This document shows positions 17,794 through 27,576 of a DNA stretch of 41,109 nucleotides, piece by piece; positions within the stretch are counted from its first letter, which is position 1, and each line of letters begins with the position of its first letter. Location of the stretch: contig JBBTTM010000011.1 in the NCBI GenBank assembly GCA_038064255.1, positions 1 through 41,109 of the forward strand. The letters are read 5' to 3'. The notes under the pieces were generated by a model, which did no database searches, had not been told where the DNA came from, and was given only the letters and a program-made list of their open reading frames with translations. The position numbers were made by a program, and so were the translations under genes. The stretch is from Patescibacteria group bacterium. Lineage in GTDB: Bacteria; Patescibacteriota; Microgenomatia; UBA10105; UBA927.

Positions 17794-18264
17794 ATGATTA
17801 CGTGTGCATTTGAAGACGGGCATCCGGCAAAATTACGTCACATAGTGACTCATGCGTTAGTGGAAAAAGACGGATGTTTACTGTTGGGAAAGCGTCGGAT
17901 AGATATGCTTGAGGGCGGGAAGTGGGGACTGCCTGGAGGATTTCTTGATCGAGACGAGACACTCGAACAGTGTGTGCTTCGGGAAGTACTTGAAGAGACG
18001 GGGTGGAAGGCAAAAGTACTCTCATTATTTCGCATAAACTCAAGTCCAAATCGTCCCAAAGAAGATAGACAAAATGTCGCAGTAGATTTTATCGTTTCAC
18101 CTTTAGAAAAAATTGGAAATGAAGATAGCGAGTCTACGAAAGTGGAATGGATAGCGATAGATAAACTCTGGGATCTGGATCTTTTTGCCTTCGATCACGG
18201 CGAATCGATAAAAAAGTATTTAGAATACCGCAAGAAACACGTTCCTCTTCCTATTTTTTCATAA
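17794..18264 (+). CDS. NUDIX hydrolase
   Basis: Nudix box GGFLDRDETLEQCVLREVLEETG (GX5EX7REUXEEXGU). Confidence 0.85.
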   Translation: MITCAFEDGHPAKLRHIVTHALVEKDGCLLLGKRRIDMLEGGKWGLPGGFLDRDETLEQCVLREVLEETGWKAKVLSLFRINSSPNRPKEDRQNVAVDFIVSPLEKIGNEDSESTKVEWIAIDKLWDLDLFAFDHGESIKKYLEYRKKHVPLPIFS

Positions 18265-18288
18265 TTATTTATTTGTTTATTTGCTCGC

Positions 18289-18313
18289 CTCGCTTGCGCA
18301 CTGGCGAAGCGGG
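18289..18313 (+). terminator. Candidate hairpin downstream of the NUDIX gene
   Basis: ctcgctt pairs with aagcggg (7 bp with one G-U pair, 11-nt loop), followed by the T-rich tagtatttgttatt. It shares gcgaagcggg with the hairpin at 14364-14380. Confidence 0.3.
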
Positions 18314-18365
18314 TAGTATTTGTTATTGGTAGTATTAACCTATATTGTGCTATTCTCCTACTGCT

Positions 18366-20237
18366 ATGGGTGATATAGACGAAGTGAAATCAAGGATCGA
18401 TATAATAGACTTTATAGGGAGTCGTGTGAAGTTGTCGAAAGCCGGGAGAAACTTTAAGGGTTTGTGTCCGTTTCATAGCGAAAAATCTCCATCATTTATG
18501 GTCTCCCCGGACCGTCAGGTGTTTCACTGTTTCGGGTGTGGGAAAGGGGGATCGGCGATAGATTTTCTCATGGAACTTGAGCATCTCGAGTTTTCAGAAG
18601 CACTCATAGAGCTTGCAGAAAAAACGGGTGTGACACTTGAACATAAAGCGAGCACCACCGAAAGCGGAAAGCTCAAAGAGCAGATATATAGCGCAAATCA
18701 TCTTGCAGGTGAATATTTTCAATATCTTCTTTTGTCTCATAGTCTTGGAAAAAACGCACGGGAGTATCTTAAAAATCGGGGAGTATCGGAAAAAATTATC
18801 AAAACATTCGGGCTTGGTTACAGTCCAAATAGTTGGGATGGAGTGCTTTCGTACCTCCGAAAGAAAGGATACGACGAGAAATTGCTTGAAACTGCCGGAC
18901 TTGTAGTAAAAAGCGACCGTGGCGGGTGGTACGACAGATTTCGGGGTCGGGTCATGTTTACATTAAAAGACCACAGAGGAAATGTCGCTGGATTTTCCGG
19001 TCGAATCCTCCCCCCTTCGCATTTCGTCTCGCTTCGATCCGAAGGATCTCACTCTACTCAAGCTACGGAGGGGCAGGCGCAACCAAAATATATCAATACC
19101 AATGAAACGCCGGTGTATAACAAGAGTTCGATACTGTACGCGTTGGATATTACAAAAGATGCAATTGCAAAGGCAGGGGAAGCAGTCATCATGGAAGGAG
19201 AATTTGACGTTATCTCTTCGTTTCAGGCGGGGATAAGTAATGTCGTCGCCATAAAAGGTTCCGCGCTTACAGAGGGACATGTTCACCTTCTAAAACGCTA
19301 TACTGAGCGGATCATTCTTTGCCTTGACAGTGATTTTGCCGGAGACAAGGCAAGCCGTAGGGGGATAGAGATAGCGGAAAAAGCGGGATTAGATATCCGG
19401 GTCGCACAGGTCGTAGATGGGAAAGATCCGGATGATGTAGCGCGGAGTGAACCGCATCTTTTAAAAAAAGCAATAACAGAGGCACTGCCGATATACGATT
19501 ATATTATGGCTTCAGTGTTAAAGCGTCACGATCTTTCTTCTGCTTTCGGAAAGAAAAAAGCGAGTGAGGAAATTTTGCCATTTTTTGTACGGATAGAAAA
19601 TCCGATAGTTCTTGGACATTATATAAAAAAAGCAAGTGAACTTCTTGGTATATCGGAATCTGCGATATCAGAAGGATTACGACAGGTGGCGCGAAAAGTT
19701 GCTATACCTACGGGGACGAGTATAGATCAGAATGTGTTACAAAAACAGTCACGCGGAAGGGATGAGATGGTTGAAGTATATGTATTGGCACTTCTCTTTC
19801 AGGGAAAAACTCTAGAACTATATGAAGAATTATCGGAGATTCTATCACCAAATGATTTTACGTATCCTGCAGTAAAACGGGTACTTGAAACATTGAGTAT
19901 TTTTTTGGTGACTCGAAAAAGCCAGCCATTTTTTTTGAAAGATTTTCTTGAGACTGTGCCTGTTGAGCTTATGCCAACGATAGACGAGGTGCTTTTGTAT
20001 GATACATCGTCATTCGCAGAAAATGATGAACTGAGTGCACGTGAGTGGATGAAATCACTCCGTCAATTGCGCCTTCTCGTGCTTCGGAGAAAAATCAGAT
20101 ATCTCAATACAACCATACAAAAACGGTCACACGAAACGGACACAACAGTATTTGATCCGTCTACAGAGACTTTACAGGAAGAGCTCAATACTTCCATAGT
20201 CCTACTTTCAGTTCTGGAAAAATCAGCCTCGCTTTGA
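18366..20237 (+). CDS. dnaG: DNA primase
   Basis: Zinc-ribbon CPFHSEKSPSFMVSPDRQVFHCFGCGKGG, a Toprim domain (VIMEGEFDVISSFQAGI ... LCLDSDFAGDKA) and the PKYINTNET motif. The ATG at 18366 is the preferred start. Confidence 0.9.
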   Translation: MGDIDEVKSRIDIIDFIGSRVKLSKAGRNFKGLCPFHSEKSPSFMVSPDRQVFHCFGCGKGGSAIDFLMELEHLEFSEALIELAEKTGVTLEHKASTTESGKLKEQIYSANHLAGEYFQYLLLSHSLGKNAREYLKNRGVSEKIIKTFGLGYSPNSWDGVLSYLRKKGYDEKLLETAGLVVKSDRGGWYDRFRGRVMFTLKDHRGNVAGFSGRILPPSHFVSLRSEGSHSTQATEGQAQPKYINTNETPVYNKSSILYALDITKDAIAKAGEAVIMEGEFDVISSFQAGISNVVAIKGSALTEGHVHLLKRYTERIILCLDSDFAGDKASRRGIEIAEKAGLDIRVAQVVDGKDPDDVARSEPHLLKKAITEALPIYDYIMASVLKRHDLSSAFGKKKASEEILPFFVRIENPIVLGHYIKKASELLGISESAISEGLRQVARKVAIPTGTSIDQNVLQKQSRGRDEMVEVYVLALLFQGKTLELYEELSEILSPNDFTYPAVKRVLETLSIFLVTRKSQPFFLKDFLETVPVELMPTIDEVLLYDTSSFAENDELSAREWMKSLRQLRLLVLRRKIRYLNTTIQKRSHETDTTVFDPSTETLQEELNTSIVLLSVLEKSASL

Positions 20238-20329
20238 TATAATAAAGAAATGCTCAAGCGAAATCATTTGTTTTCTGATCGATAAAGTTGGTTTTCTCCT
20301 TTATTCGTGAGAATGCAAAGGTTTACGGT

Positions 20330-21415
20330 ATGAAACAAAAAGTACTGACAACATCAGCAGATCTGCTTCGTGAAGGAAAAGAAAACGGGTTTGTAACCCA
20401 GGACGATATCCTCGCGCTTTATCCAAAACCGGAAGAACACATAAAGGAACTAGATAAGCTCTACGATGCCCTAATAAGGGACGGTGTAGATGTGTTTGAA
20501 ACGATGACACAGGATGTAGAGAAGGAAGCTGCGAAAAGCATACAGGATTTGGAAAAAGAGATAGAAGCGTTGGCACGGGCAAGTGCTGAAAACGTATCTG
20601 ATCCCGTCCGTATGTACCTGAAGGAAATCGGTCGTATCCCACTTCTGACTTTTGCCGATGAAATGTCTCTTGCAAAGCGGTATGAAAAAGGAGACAAAAA
20701 GGCGAAGAAAAAACTGACAGAGTCTAATCTTCGACTTGTGGTTTCTATAGCGAAAAAATATATTGGACGGGGGATGAGTCTCCTTGACCTTATCCAAGAG
20801 GGAAACCAGGGACTTATCCGGGCAGTCGAAAAATATGATTGGCGAAAAGGATTTAAATTTTCTACCTACGCCACGTGGTGGATCCGTCAGGCCATCACAC
20901 GCGCGATAGCAGATCAGGCGAGGACCATCCGTATTCCTGTGCACATGGTAGAAACGATCAATCGATTTATTCGCGCATCGCGGCGACTCATGCAGGATTT
21001 GGGCCGCGAGCCGACCCCTGAGGAGATTGCAAAGGTCATGGAGGTAGATGTCACGAAAGTGCGTGAGATTATGAAGGTGTCTCAGGAACCCACGTCCCTT
21101 GAGACTCCTGTCGGAGATGAAGAAGATAGTCATCTCGGAGATTTTATTTCAGATCCGGGTCCGTCTCCGTATGATCAAACATCGAGACAGTTACTCAAAG
21201 AACACATGGAAGAAGTGCTCGCTACACTTTCTGATCGTGAGAAAAAAGTGTTGATCTTGCGGTTTGGCCTTGAAGACGGGCGTCCGCGGACGCTTGAGGA
21301 AGTGGGCGCACAGTTTGGCGTCACCCGTGAGCGCATCCGACAGATTGAGGCGAAGGCACTACGAAAACTTCGACACCCAAGTCGAAGTAAGAAATTAAAA
21401 GATTACCTGGAATAA
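20330..21415 (+). CDS. rpoD: Primary-type RNA polymerase sigma-70 factor
   Basis: Region 2 ([54 protein letters not shown]) and region 4 ([30 protein letters not shown]). It lies immediately downstream of dnaG. The ATG at 20330 is the preferred start. Confidence 0.9.
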   Translation: MKQKVLTTSADLLREGKENGFVTQDDILALYPKPEEHIKELDKLYDALIRDGVDVFETMTQDVEKEAAKSIQDLEKEIEALARASAENVSDPVRMYLKEIGRIPLLTFADEMSLAKRYEKGDKKAKKKLTESNLRLVVSIAKKYIGRGMSLLDLIQEGNQGLIRAVEKYDWRKGFKFSTYATWWIRQAITRAIADQARTIRIPVHMVETINRFIRASRRLMQDLGREPTPEEIAKVMEVDVTKVREIMKVSQEPTSLETPVGDEEDSHLGDFISDPGPSPYDQTSRQLLKEHMEEVLATLSDREKKVLILRFGLEDGRPRTLEEVGAQFGVTRERIRQIEAKALRKLRHPSRSKKLKDYLE

Positions 21416-21430
21416 TTTTACGGTGTGGAA

Positions 21431-22105
21431 TTAGCTATTTGGAGCAACACCATAGATGGTAATACGTGTTCCCGGATTTTCCACAGTTGCGTTTACTCCC
21501 CATCCGCTTCCAACAGGAGTAGCCCAATTAAATATCTGTTCTGCTTCTGATGTTTTCATATTTACGCACCCATGACTCATGGGGTGACCAAAGTTATTGT
21601 GCCAGTATGTACCGTGAAGTCCAAATCCTCGGGAACGGGGTATCTGGTCATTTGCAAAAAACATAGTGTACGGTACATTTGGAAGATCATAATATGTTCC
21701 AAGCGCGCTGTTGCCGCCTCTCATACGGGTATATTTTAGTTTCACCCAGATGCGGAAATCTCCTGTTGGTGTTTTTCCCCAAAGGCCGGAAGATATGAGA
21801 AAGTCATACACTTTTCGACCTCCCTCAAATGCATAGAGCCGTTGATTGGTGAGATCGACTTCAATCCGTTTTTCTTCTGACGATGATCCGAGAACATTGG
21901 CAAAGGCAAAATGAGACGGAAGAAATGAAGATACAACAGTATGTTCATGAAATTCGCCGTTTTCAAATGTTGGGTCATAGAGACCAGTCAGAGTTTTCTC
22001 ATCGATTTGTGTCTGGGGGGATGCGGCGTACGGAAGGATGTCTTTGCCTATGAATACACCCAGAAGGAGTACTACTATCGAGATCATCAATGTCATACGA
22101 CTCAT
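21431..22105 (-). CDS. L,D-transpeptidase (YkuD domain), membrane-anchored
   Basis: The catalytic signature GLHGTYWHNNFGHPMSHGCVNM contains the conserved His and Cys. There is an N-terminal TM helix. The likely start is MSRMTLMISIV; the track ORF extends to 22177. Confidence 0.8.
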   Translation of the reverse strand: MSRMTLMISIVVLLLGVFIGKDILPYAASPQTQIDEKTLTGLYDPTFENGEFHEHTVVSSFLPSHFAFANVLGSSSEEKRIEVDLTNQRLYAFEGGRKVYDFLISSGLWGKTPTGDFRIWVKLKYTRMRGGNSALGTYYDLPNVPYTMFFANDQIPRSRGFGLHGTYWHNNFGHPMSHGCVNMKTSEAEQIFNWATPVGSGWGVNATVENPGTRITIYGVAPNS

Positions 22106-22192
22106 GAATCTATCGTAGGACCAGAGGAGACTTAAACGCAAGAGGTATTTCATCTCTTGAAGAGGGATATAAAACACTGTAGTCTTGTACTT

Positions 22193-22507
22193 ATGAAAGT
22201 ATTTTTAGTAAGCATTGTTGTTCTTTTCATCTTGGGTGCAGGAGGGGTATTTTTTCTTTCGATGCAATCAAAATCTCCAGGAGAATCTACCGGTACCGTA
22301 TTCAAAACTGAAGCGGTAGTAAAAGTTGGTACTATCCAACCGGGAAATGGAGATGATTACAACCATTTACTTTTTAGCGAAGGCAAGACTATCGGAATTA
22401 CCTCATATACGATAAAGCTTGATCAGTTTGTCGGAAAAAAAGTTGAGGTAAAAGGACAGTATTCAGGGACGACTTTTTACGTGGACTCCATCGCTCCAGT
22501 AGAATAG
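22193..22507 (+). CDS. Small membrane-anchored hypothetical protein
   Basis: ATG at 22193 (MKVFLVSIVVLFILGAGGVFF), one TM helix and then an ~80-aa beta-rich domain. No motif recognised. Confidence 0.5.
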   Translation: MKVFLVSIVVLFILGAGGVFFLSMQSKSPGESTGTVFKTEAVVKVGTIQPGNGDDYNHLLFSEGKTIGITSYTIKLDQFVGKKVEVKGQYSGTTFYVDSIAPVE

Positions 22508-22515
22508 ATATATCT

Positions 22516-23412
22516 ATGCCGTGGTATTTTTTCGCATTTCTTACGCCAGCGTTTTATAGCATTAATAATATAGTTGATAAATTTCTCCTGGAAAAGCGGA
22601 TAAAAGATCCGTTTACTCTTACGGCACTTTCAGGATTCGTGACTGGATTAATTGGAGTAATTCTAGGATTTTTTACGGGGTTTCAACAAATCGGAGTGCT
22701 TCAGATTTCATTGTTGGTGTTTTCGGGAGTTCTCCTAATATTTTATCTTATACCGTATTTTGAGGCCATTAAGTTCGACGATGCCTCTCGCGTAATCCCA
22801 TTGTTTCAATTTATACCTGTTTTTACTTAAATTCTTTCCGCAGTATTTTTAAAGGAAGCATTGAGTGCCAAACAGGTGTTTGGTTTGGTGTTGGTCGTGG
22901 GGGCTGGGATTTTGATTTCGATCAAGAAGATTGAAGGATCTATATTTTTTCCCAGAAAATCATTCTGGCTTATGATTCTATCTAGTTTCATGTACGGTTC
23001 GATTGCAGTTCTGTTTCGTTTTGTTTCCAGAGATACCAATTTTTGGGCGGCTGTATCGTATCAGTACATAGGTACGGGGCTTGGTGGCGTGCTATTGATA
23101 TTGTTTCCCCGAGTACGACATGGGTTTGCTGTACGATTAATAGAGATAAAAAAATCCATACGGGTCATCGTAATTAGTCACTCTCTTGGATTGCTGGCTC
23201 AGTTATCAGAATCTATTGCTGTCACCATGGTTGCCGTACCCCTGGTTCATATCATCTGGAGTATTCAACCTGTTATTGTATTGATACTTGGAACTCTGTT
23301 AACAGTCTGGTTTCCGCATATTATAAAAGAAGATATCAAAAAAGCTGTTGTAGCTCATAAATTAGTATCAGTAGCTCTGATGTTTTGTGGTCTTTTTCTC
23401 GTATACTTTTAA
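22516..23412 (+). pseudogene. EamA/DMT permease interrupted by a single in-frame TAA (22828-22830)
   Basis: The track ORFs 22516..22830 and 22861..23412 are in the same frame. Reading through the TAA gives ...PLFQFIPVFT*ILSAVFLKEALSAKQVFGLVLVVGAGILIS..., a continuous EamA helix motif. Confidence 0.7.
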
Positions 23413-23461
23413 GTGAGTTTTTGGTCATATAGGGTGCGCCGTCTTATGGTATACTTACATT

Positions 23462-23935
23462 GTGCATAAACCTATTTATGCAAGCGGATTTCTTTACCAC
23501 CCAGCTACCCACCAAATTCTCTTGCAACAAACTATAGTACCAGACGCTCCACCGTCTCCGTTGGATATGTTTTGCGGCATGAGTAAAGAAGGAGAGGATG
23601 AAAAAGCTGCGTTTGCCCGCATGATGCTTGAAACTTTTCGCATAGAGCTAAAAGAAAAACATATTTTCCCTGTATATGATTATGTTACAAACGATTCCAG
23701 TCATAGGAATATATATGTTTTTTATGGGCAAATTAGAAAACTTGAAGAATTTACTCCCAAACACGGTAAAATTTATTCGTGGCTTACGTTTAAGCAAATG
23801 ATAAAACTTTCTATATTGGATCAGGCAAAACAAGACCTCATGGTTTCAGAGCGGGTGATTCATGCGGCAGAGAGAACAAAAGCGGCGATTCATGTAGCTC
23901 CCACACATATACAGTTCCCCAAGTTGTTTCATTAA
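23462..23935 (+). CDS. Hypothetical protein (possibly a degenerate NUDIX-like fold)
   Basis: 157-aa ORF with a GTG start and no intact Nudix box. Weak resemblance only. Confidence 0.35.
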   Translation: MHKPIYASGFLYHPATHQILLQQTIVPDAPPSPLDMFCGMSKEGEDEKAAFARMMLETFRIELKEKHIFPVYDYVTNDSSHRNIYVFYGQIRKLEEFTPKHGKIYSWLTFKQMIKLSILDQAKQDLMVSERVIHAAERTKAAIHVAPTHIQFPKLFH

Positions 23936-23962
23936 TCTTTCTAGCGTGCGGATATTGTTGTG

Positions 23963-24601
23963 TTAATAACCGAGATTTTCTTTGACGAAGACTATAGTAA
24001 TTCTTCCCGGTGTTCCTTCTTTATTTATGATCAGGATTTTGTTCACTGAGCTTCCCGGTACTCCATACGCTTTTTTTGCCCGTTCACTTTCGAGGGGGAG
24101 AGTATATTCATATATTCGTTTCATTCCTTCATCAATATTTTTTACAATTTTTTGCGTCCCAACTACCAATATAACTTTGAGCGCACCATACGCGTACGCG
24201 GGAAGTTGACTGCCTGTATTTGACGCAATGAGTATATGACCATCTTCGGTGACAGCATGGACGCTTCCTATTGCAATATTTGGCGTTGCACCCATGCGAT
24301 TCATTTCCTGAGCCTGGGTGTTTCGATCCATAGCATAGAGCTTGTCTCGTACGGGCATATAGTTTCCGTCTTTTCTATTTATTTCTTGAGTTATTCCGGC
24401 GCTATCAAGCGTCGCCGATGTCATGGTCATGACTTCACTTTTTGGCGGAAGAAGCTCAAGGGTTTTTGCTTTAGCCGTCTCTTTATTTTCTGTAACCTGT
24501 ACATCAATCCCATTTGCTATTAATGCCGCAGCAGTAGTCTTTAGAGTTTTTTCATCAGCAAGATTGTCCCAGGTATTCATATGATTTTTCCTTTCAGGCA
24601 T
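23963..24601 (-). CDS. LUD-domain (DUF162, LutC/YkgG-like) protein
   Basis: The ~210-aa size and pattern (W..L......T..AL.ANG ... SATLDSAGI ... GSVHAVTEDGHILIASNTGSQL ... VILVVGTQKIVKNIDEGMKRI) match stand-alone LUD-domain proteins. It overlaps the ArsR gene by 8 nt. Confidence 0.55.
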   Translation of the reverse strand: MPERKNHMNTWDNLADEKTLKTTAAALIANGIDVQVTENKETAKAKTLELLPPKSEVMTMTSATLDSAGITQEINRKDGNYMPVRDKLYAMDRNTQAQEMNRMGATPNIAIGSVHAVTEDGHILIASNTGSQLPAYAYGALKVILVVGTQKIVKNIDEGMKRIYEYTLPLESERAKKAYGVPGSSVNKILIINKEGTPGRITIVFVKENLGY

Positions 24602-24872
24602 TATGTGCCACTATTTTTTGTATATTTATGCCTACCGTTTTCAAAAATTGACTGTTGATACTGTAAATATGGCTTGAACCTTCTTTTCGTGCGCTTAAAA
24701 TATTAGCAGAGATGAGCTTATTAAAATGGTGTGAAAGAGTAGGCTGAGAGAGGGAAAAACTACCTGCTAACTCCTGGCAAGAAAGTTCTTTTTTATGAGA
24801 AAGACGACGGAGAATGTCTACTCTTGTTTCGTCTGCTAGCGCTTTGAAAATATTAACGATGCGCTTATTCAT
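24594..24872 (-). CDS. ArsR/SmtB-family transcriptional regulator
   Basis: IFKALADETRVDILRRL ... ELSCQELAGSFSLSQPTLSHHFNKL is the classic ArsR wHTH signature. Confidence 0.85.
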   Translation of the reverse strand: MNKRIVNIFKALADETRVDILRRLSHKKELSCQELAGSFSLSQPTLSHHFNKLISANILSARKEGSSHIYSINSQFLKTVGINIQKIVAHNA

Positions 24873-24989
24873 ATTTAATTATTGAAATATTTGAATATAT
24901 AAATATTATAATGTCTGGTAGCTCTGACGTCAAGAGTTATATCGTTTCGTATATTGTTTGGGATAAACCTATTTTAGGTAGGAACGAGA

Positions 24990-26216
24990 TTATCCTACTA
25001 CCTGAAATCCATTGTCGATTGTCGGGAGAATGCTGTCTATTATTTCGATTTCCAGATTAAACGTTTTATAGAGTTTTCGTACCGGTGTTCCAAGGAGTCC
25101 GGTGTAACAATCTTTCTGAAATTTTTCAGGAGCCTTGTCACAGGAATAAATTTGTTCGTAGATTTTTTCTCTCATCACCGGAAAATTTTTGGCATTTATG
25201 TCTCTTCCTGCAAATTCAGAATCTATGAATAACCCTATCCCGCCCCCTACACCGAGGTAACAATGTTTCTCGAGGTCCGGTCTGCCGATTGTTTTTGCGA
25301 TGTCACTACAGACAGATATACCTTCTTCATATTTTTTTGACAGGAATTTTGTCGAAGCGTTGTTTATACCGATTCTGTATACCAGAAATGAATAGCAGTC
25401 TCCCTTGTGTGATTCATCCGTCCCGCTGCATTCAGCGACGGATTGTTTGTATCCATCCGCTGAAAATTCTGAAAATAAAAAGAGATTATGTCCTATGCCG
25501 GTATAGCAGTACGCAAGTTCAGATTCCGGCACAAGCTTTTTACAGTCTTCAAAGGGAGCGTTGAGATCAGGATTTTTATTCGTGACATACGAGTATGTTT
25601 TTTTCGGTGCAAGCTGAAATGTGTTTTCTGTTATCGGATCTATGACACCCAGTATAGATGACGTGTATTTATCATGAAGTACGTGTCCCACTTCGTGTGC
25701 ACATTGATGTCTCATATCATCCGGACAACTTGGATAGAATTTTTCAAGTGTAGGATTTTCAAAGTTTGCTTCGAGAGCCGTCCGTTTAAAGAGTCCCATG
25801 ATGCATCCGCTGGTGCAGGATGCGCTGCACATTTTTATTTTTGTATCCAGATCCTGGTCACTGGTTGTTGCGATGAAATCTCCGACCGAATGATAAAACG
25901 AGTGACAGTTCGTTCCGAATACAGCATATGAAATATTCGGAGTGTCTTTTTGGAGGTCTTCGAACACCAATCCTTTTTCGTTTTATATAGCCGAGAGGAG
26001 TCCCTGAATATTATTTTTATAATACGATTCGATCGTATTTCTATAACAGGAAAAACGTGCGTTTGAAGGGGCACGGTTGCATGTTTCAATTTCTTTTCCG
26101 AAACTTTTTTTTACCGAGTTTCCATAAAGCGTAATGGCGGAGGCAACTAAAGCGAAAAATATTAATAAAAAAAGCAATGTTCTTTTTGAGGAAAAAATAT
26201 TTTTGGGGACATTCAT
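24990..26216 (-). pseudogene. Cys-rich secreted or anchored protein with an HExxH motif, interrupted by a single in-frame TAA (25983-25985)
   Basis: The track ORFs 25983..26216 (signal/TM: LLFLLIFFALVASAITL) and 24990..25970 are in the same frame. Read-through gives ...IQGLLSAI*NEKGLVFEDLQKD.... The body has CAHEVGHVLH plus repeated C-Y-x-G-x-G-like units. Confidence 0.55.
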
Positions 26217-26261
26217 ATCGTTATTTAACTATATACTTATGCGCTTTGCAATGACAATAAA

Positions 26262-27119
26262 TTATATGTGTATAATCAGAATCCCAGTGAATGCGAGAAG
26301 TATTCCAACAATTTTTCGATACATATTTTCTCTTTCTTTCAAAAGAATAATACTCAACATTATGACCCAAAGCGCTTTTGTTTCAAAGATAGGATTTATC
26401 AAGCTAATCTGATCGCTTATCTGATATGCCTTGAATAATGTATAGAAACTTAAACCCGCAAAGATCGCGGACCAGATGATCCGTCTTGCACGTTTATTCA
26501 CTACAAAATATCGAAGATCCGATATCTTTCTACGAAAGAATATGAGAAGTGCTATGGAAGGTAATCCAAAGGATAATACCTGGTAGAAAAGAGTTGGCAA
26601 AAAATGCAATAAATATTTGTCAGTCATATACGCTCCTGCGTAGAATGTTCCGGATAAAAGACCCAGTGTATGATACTTGGTCCATCTCTTGGTTCCTTTG
26701 TATCGAAATGCGATGAGTATCCCCAGTATGATCATGGATACACCTAGCAATTTATAGAAGGTAAAGGTTTCTCCTAAAAATAGTACCGCGCCGGAGAGTA
26801 CCCAGAGAGGAGTCGCACTTTCAAGGAACACGATCTCGCTTATTGGCACATGTTTCATGGAGGTAAAAAATCCCCACATCGCAACGGCGTAAAGACTTGT
26901 CATGAGGATAAGTACCATTACAACATTAAAAGTAAATATCTGAGGGTTTAGTGATTCGGAAAAAAATGCAAAGGGGAGTGTGAGTGCTGCGACGAGTAAT
27001 CCAAATGCTCCGGCAAATACTCCGCCATGGACTTTGTCATCACTGACGACGAGTTTTTGGATTATATTGGCTATTGCCATGAGGATCGGAGCAGCGAAAG
27101 CGTACGGAAGATAGTTCAT
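26262..27119 (-). CDS. EamA/DMT family permease
   Basis: 285-aa protein with 10 TM helices and a typical EamA end motif (LLKERENMYRKIVGILLAFTGILII). Confidence 0.75.
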   Translation of the reverse strand: MNYLPYAFAAPILMAIANIIQKLVVSDDKVHGGVFAGAFGLLVAALTLPFAFFSESLNPQIFTFNVVMVLILMTSLYAVAMWGFFTSMKHVPISEIVFLESATPLWVLSGAVLFLGETFTFYKLLGVSMIILGILIAFRYKGTKRWTKYHTLGLLSGTFYAGAYMTDKYLLHFLPTLFYQVLSFGLPSIALLIFFRRKISDLRYFVVNKRARRIIWSAIFAGLSFYTLFKAYQISDQISLINPIFETKALWVIMLSIILLKERENMYRKIVGILLAFTGILIIHI

Positions 27120-27126
27120 ACGTTGA

Positions 27127-27576
27127 TTATGTAGAATTGTTTTTTTGAAGATAATTAGTTTCGATCGCCTGGTCTACAGTTTTTCTGCTCCAACCGACGT
27201 GGAGAAGATTCTCTATAATTTGATTCTTGGATAGGTTTGCTTTTTTCGCCTGAGAAATATATTGTTGAAGTTGCGGATTGAATATGGGTATGATTTCTGA
27301 GTTGGATTTATTAATTATTTTGATGAAAGATTCGTATATTATTAATTCAGCGTAACCAGTGAACATCATTAGACCAAATAGAATGCATCCTCCAACACCT
27401 GCTGTACAGATTATGAGTATTGGCAAAAGAGAAATTATTTGACTTTTATCGATATAGGAATCAAGTATTCCAAGTAGAATAAATGTTATTAAACCTAATA
27501 TAAAGGCAATTATATTCCGCTTTTTTTTCGATTCCTTTGTTGAAGTTACAGTTTGTTGTCCCATACAATTCTCCAA
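27127..27576 (-). CDS. Small membrane protein with a soluble helical C-terminal domain
   Basis: 149 aa: a basic N-terminus, 2-3 TM helices, then the tail SKNQIIENLLHVGWSRKTVDQAIE. No family assigned. Confidence 0.5.
   Translation of the reverse strand: MENCMGQQTVTSTKESKKKRNIIAFILGLITFILLGILDSYIDKSQIISLLPILIICTAGVGGCILFGLMMFTGYAELIIYESFIKIINKSNSEIIPIFNPQLQQYISQAKKANLSKNQIIENLLHVGWSRKTVDQAIETNYLQKNNST

Noticed and set aside
20471-21133. 220-aa minus-strand ORF (and the 124-aa and 78-aa ORFs nearby) antisense to rpoD
   Set aside because: It lies entirely inside the strongly supported sigma-70 gene on the opposite strand and its composition is low-complexity. It is a shadow ORF. The same reasoning applies to 15362-15787 (antisense to the flavoprotein), 35984-36385 (antisense to metK), 33406-33981 (antisense to the kinase-like gene), 426-692, 792-1088, 3174-3491 and other short antisense ORFs in the track.
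24886-24907. Inverted repeat aatattt-N8-aaatatt upstream of the ArsR gene as an operator
   Set aside because: A 7-nt A/T-only inverted repeat in an extremely AT-rich intergenic region is expected by chance. It does not resemble the longer 12-2-12 ArsR/SmtB operators.
22828-25985. Genetic-code reassignment of TAA (or TGA) as an explanation for the two in-frame stops
   Set aside because: TAA terminates many well-defined genes in this window at conserved C-termini (for example rpoD at 21415, NUDIX at 18264 and Fic at 16899). TGA also acts as a stop, for example in the ATGA overlaps at 4701-4704 and 7458-7461. A global reassignment is not supported. Local read-through or a nonsense mutation remains possible.
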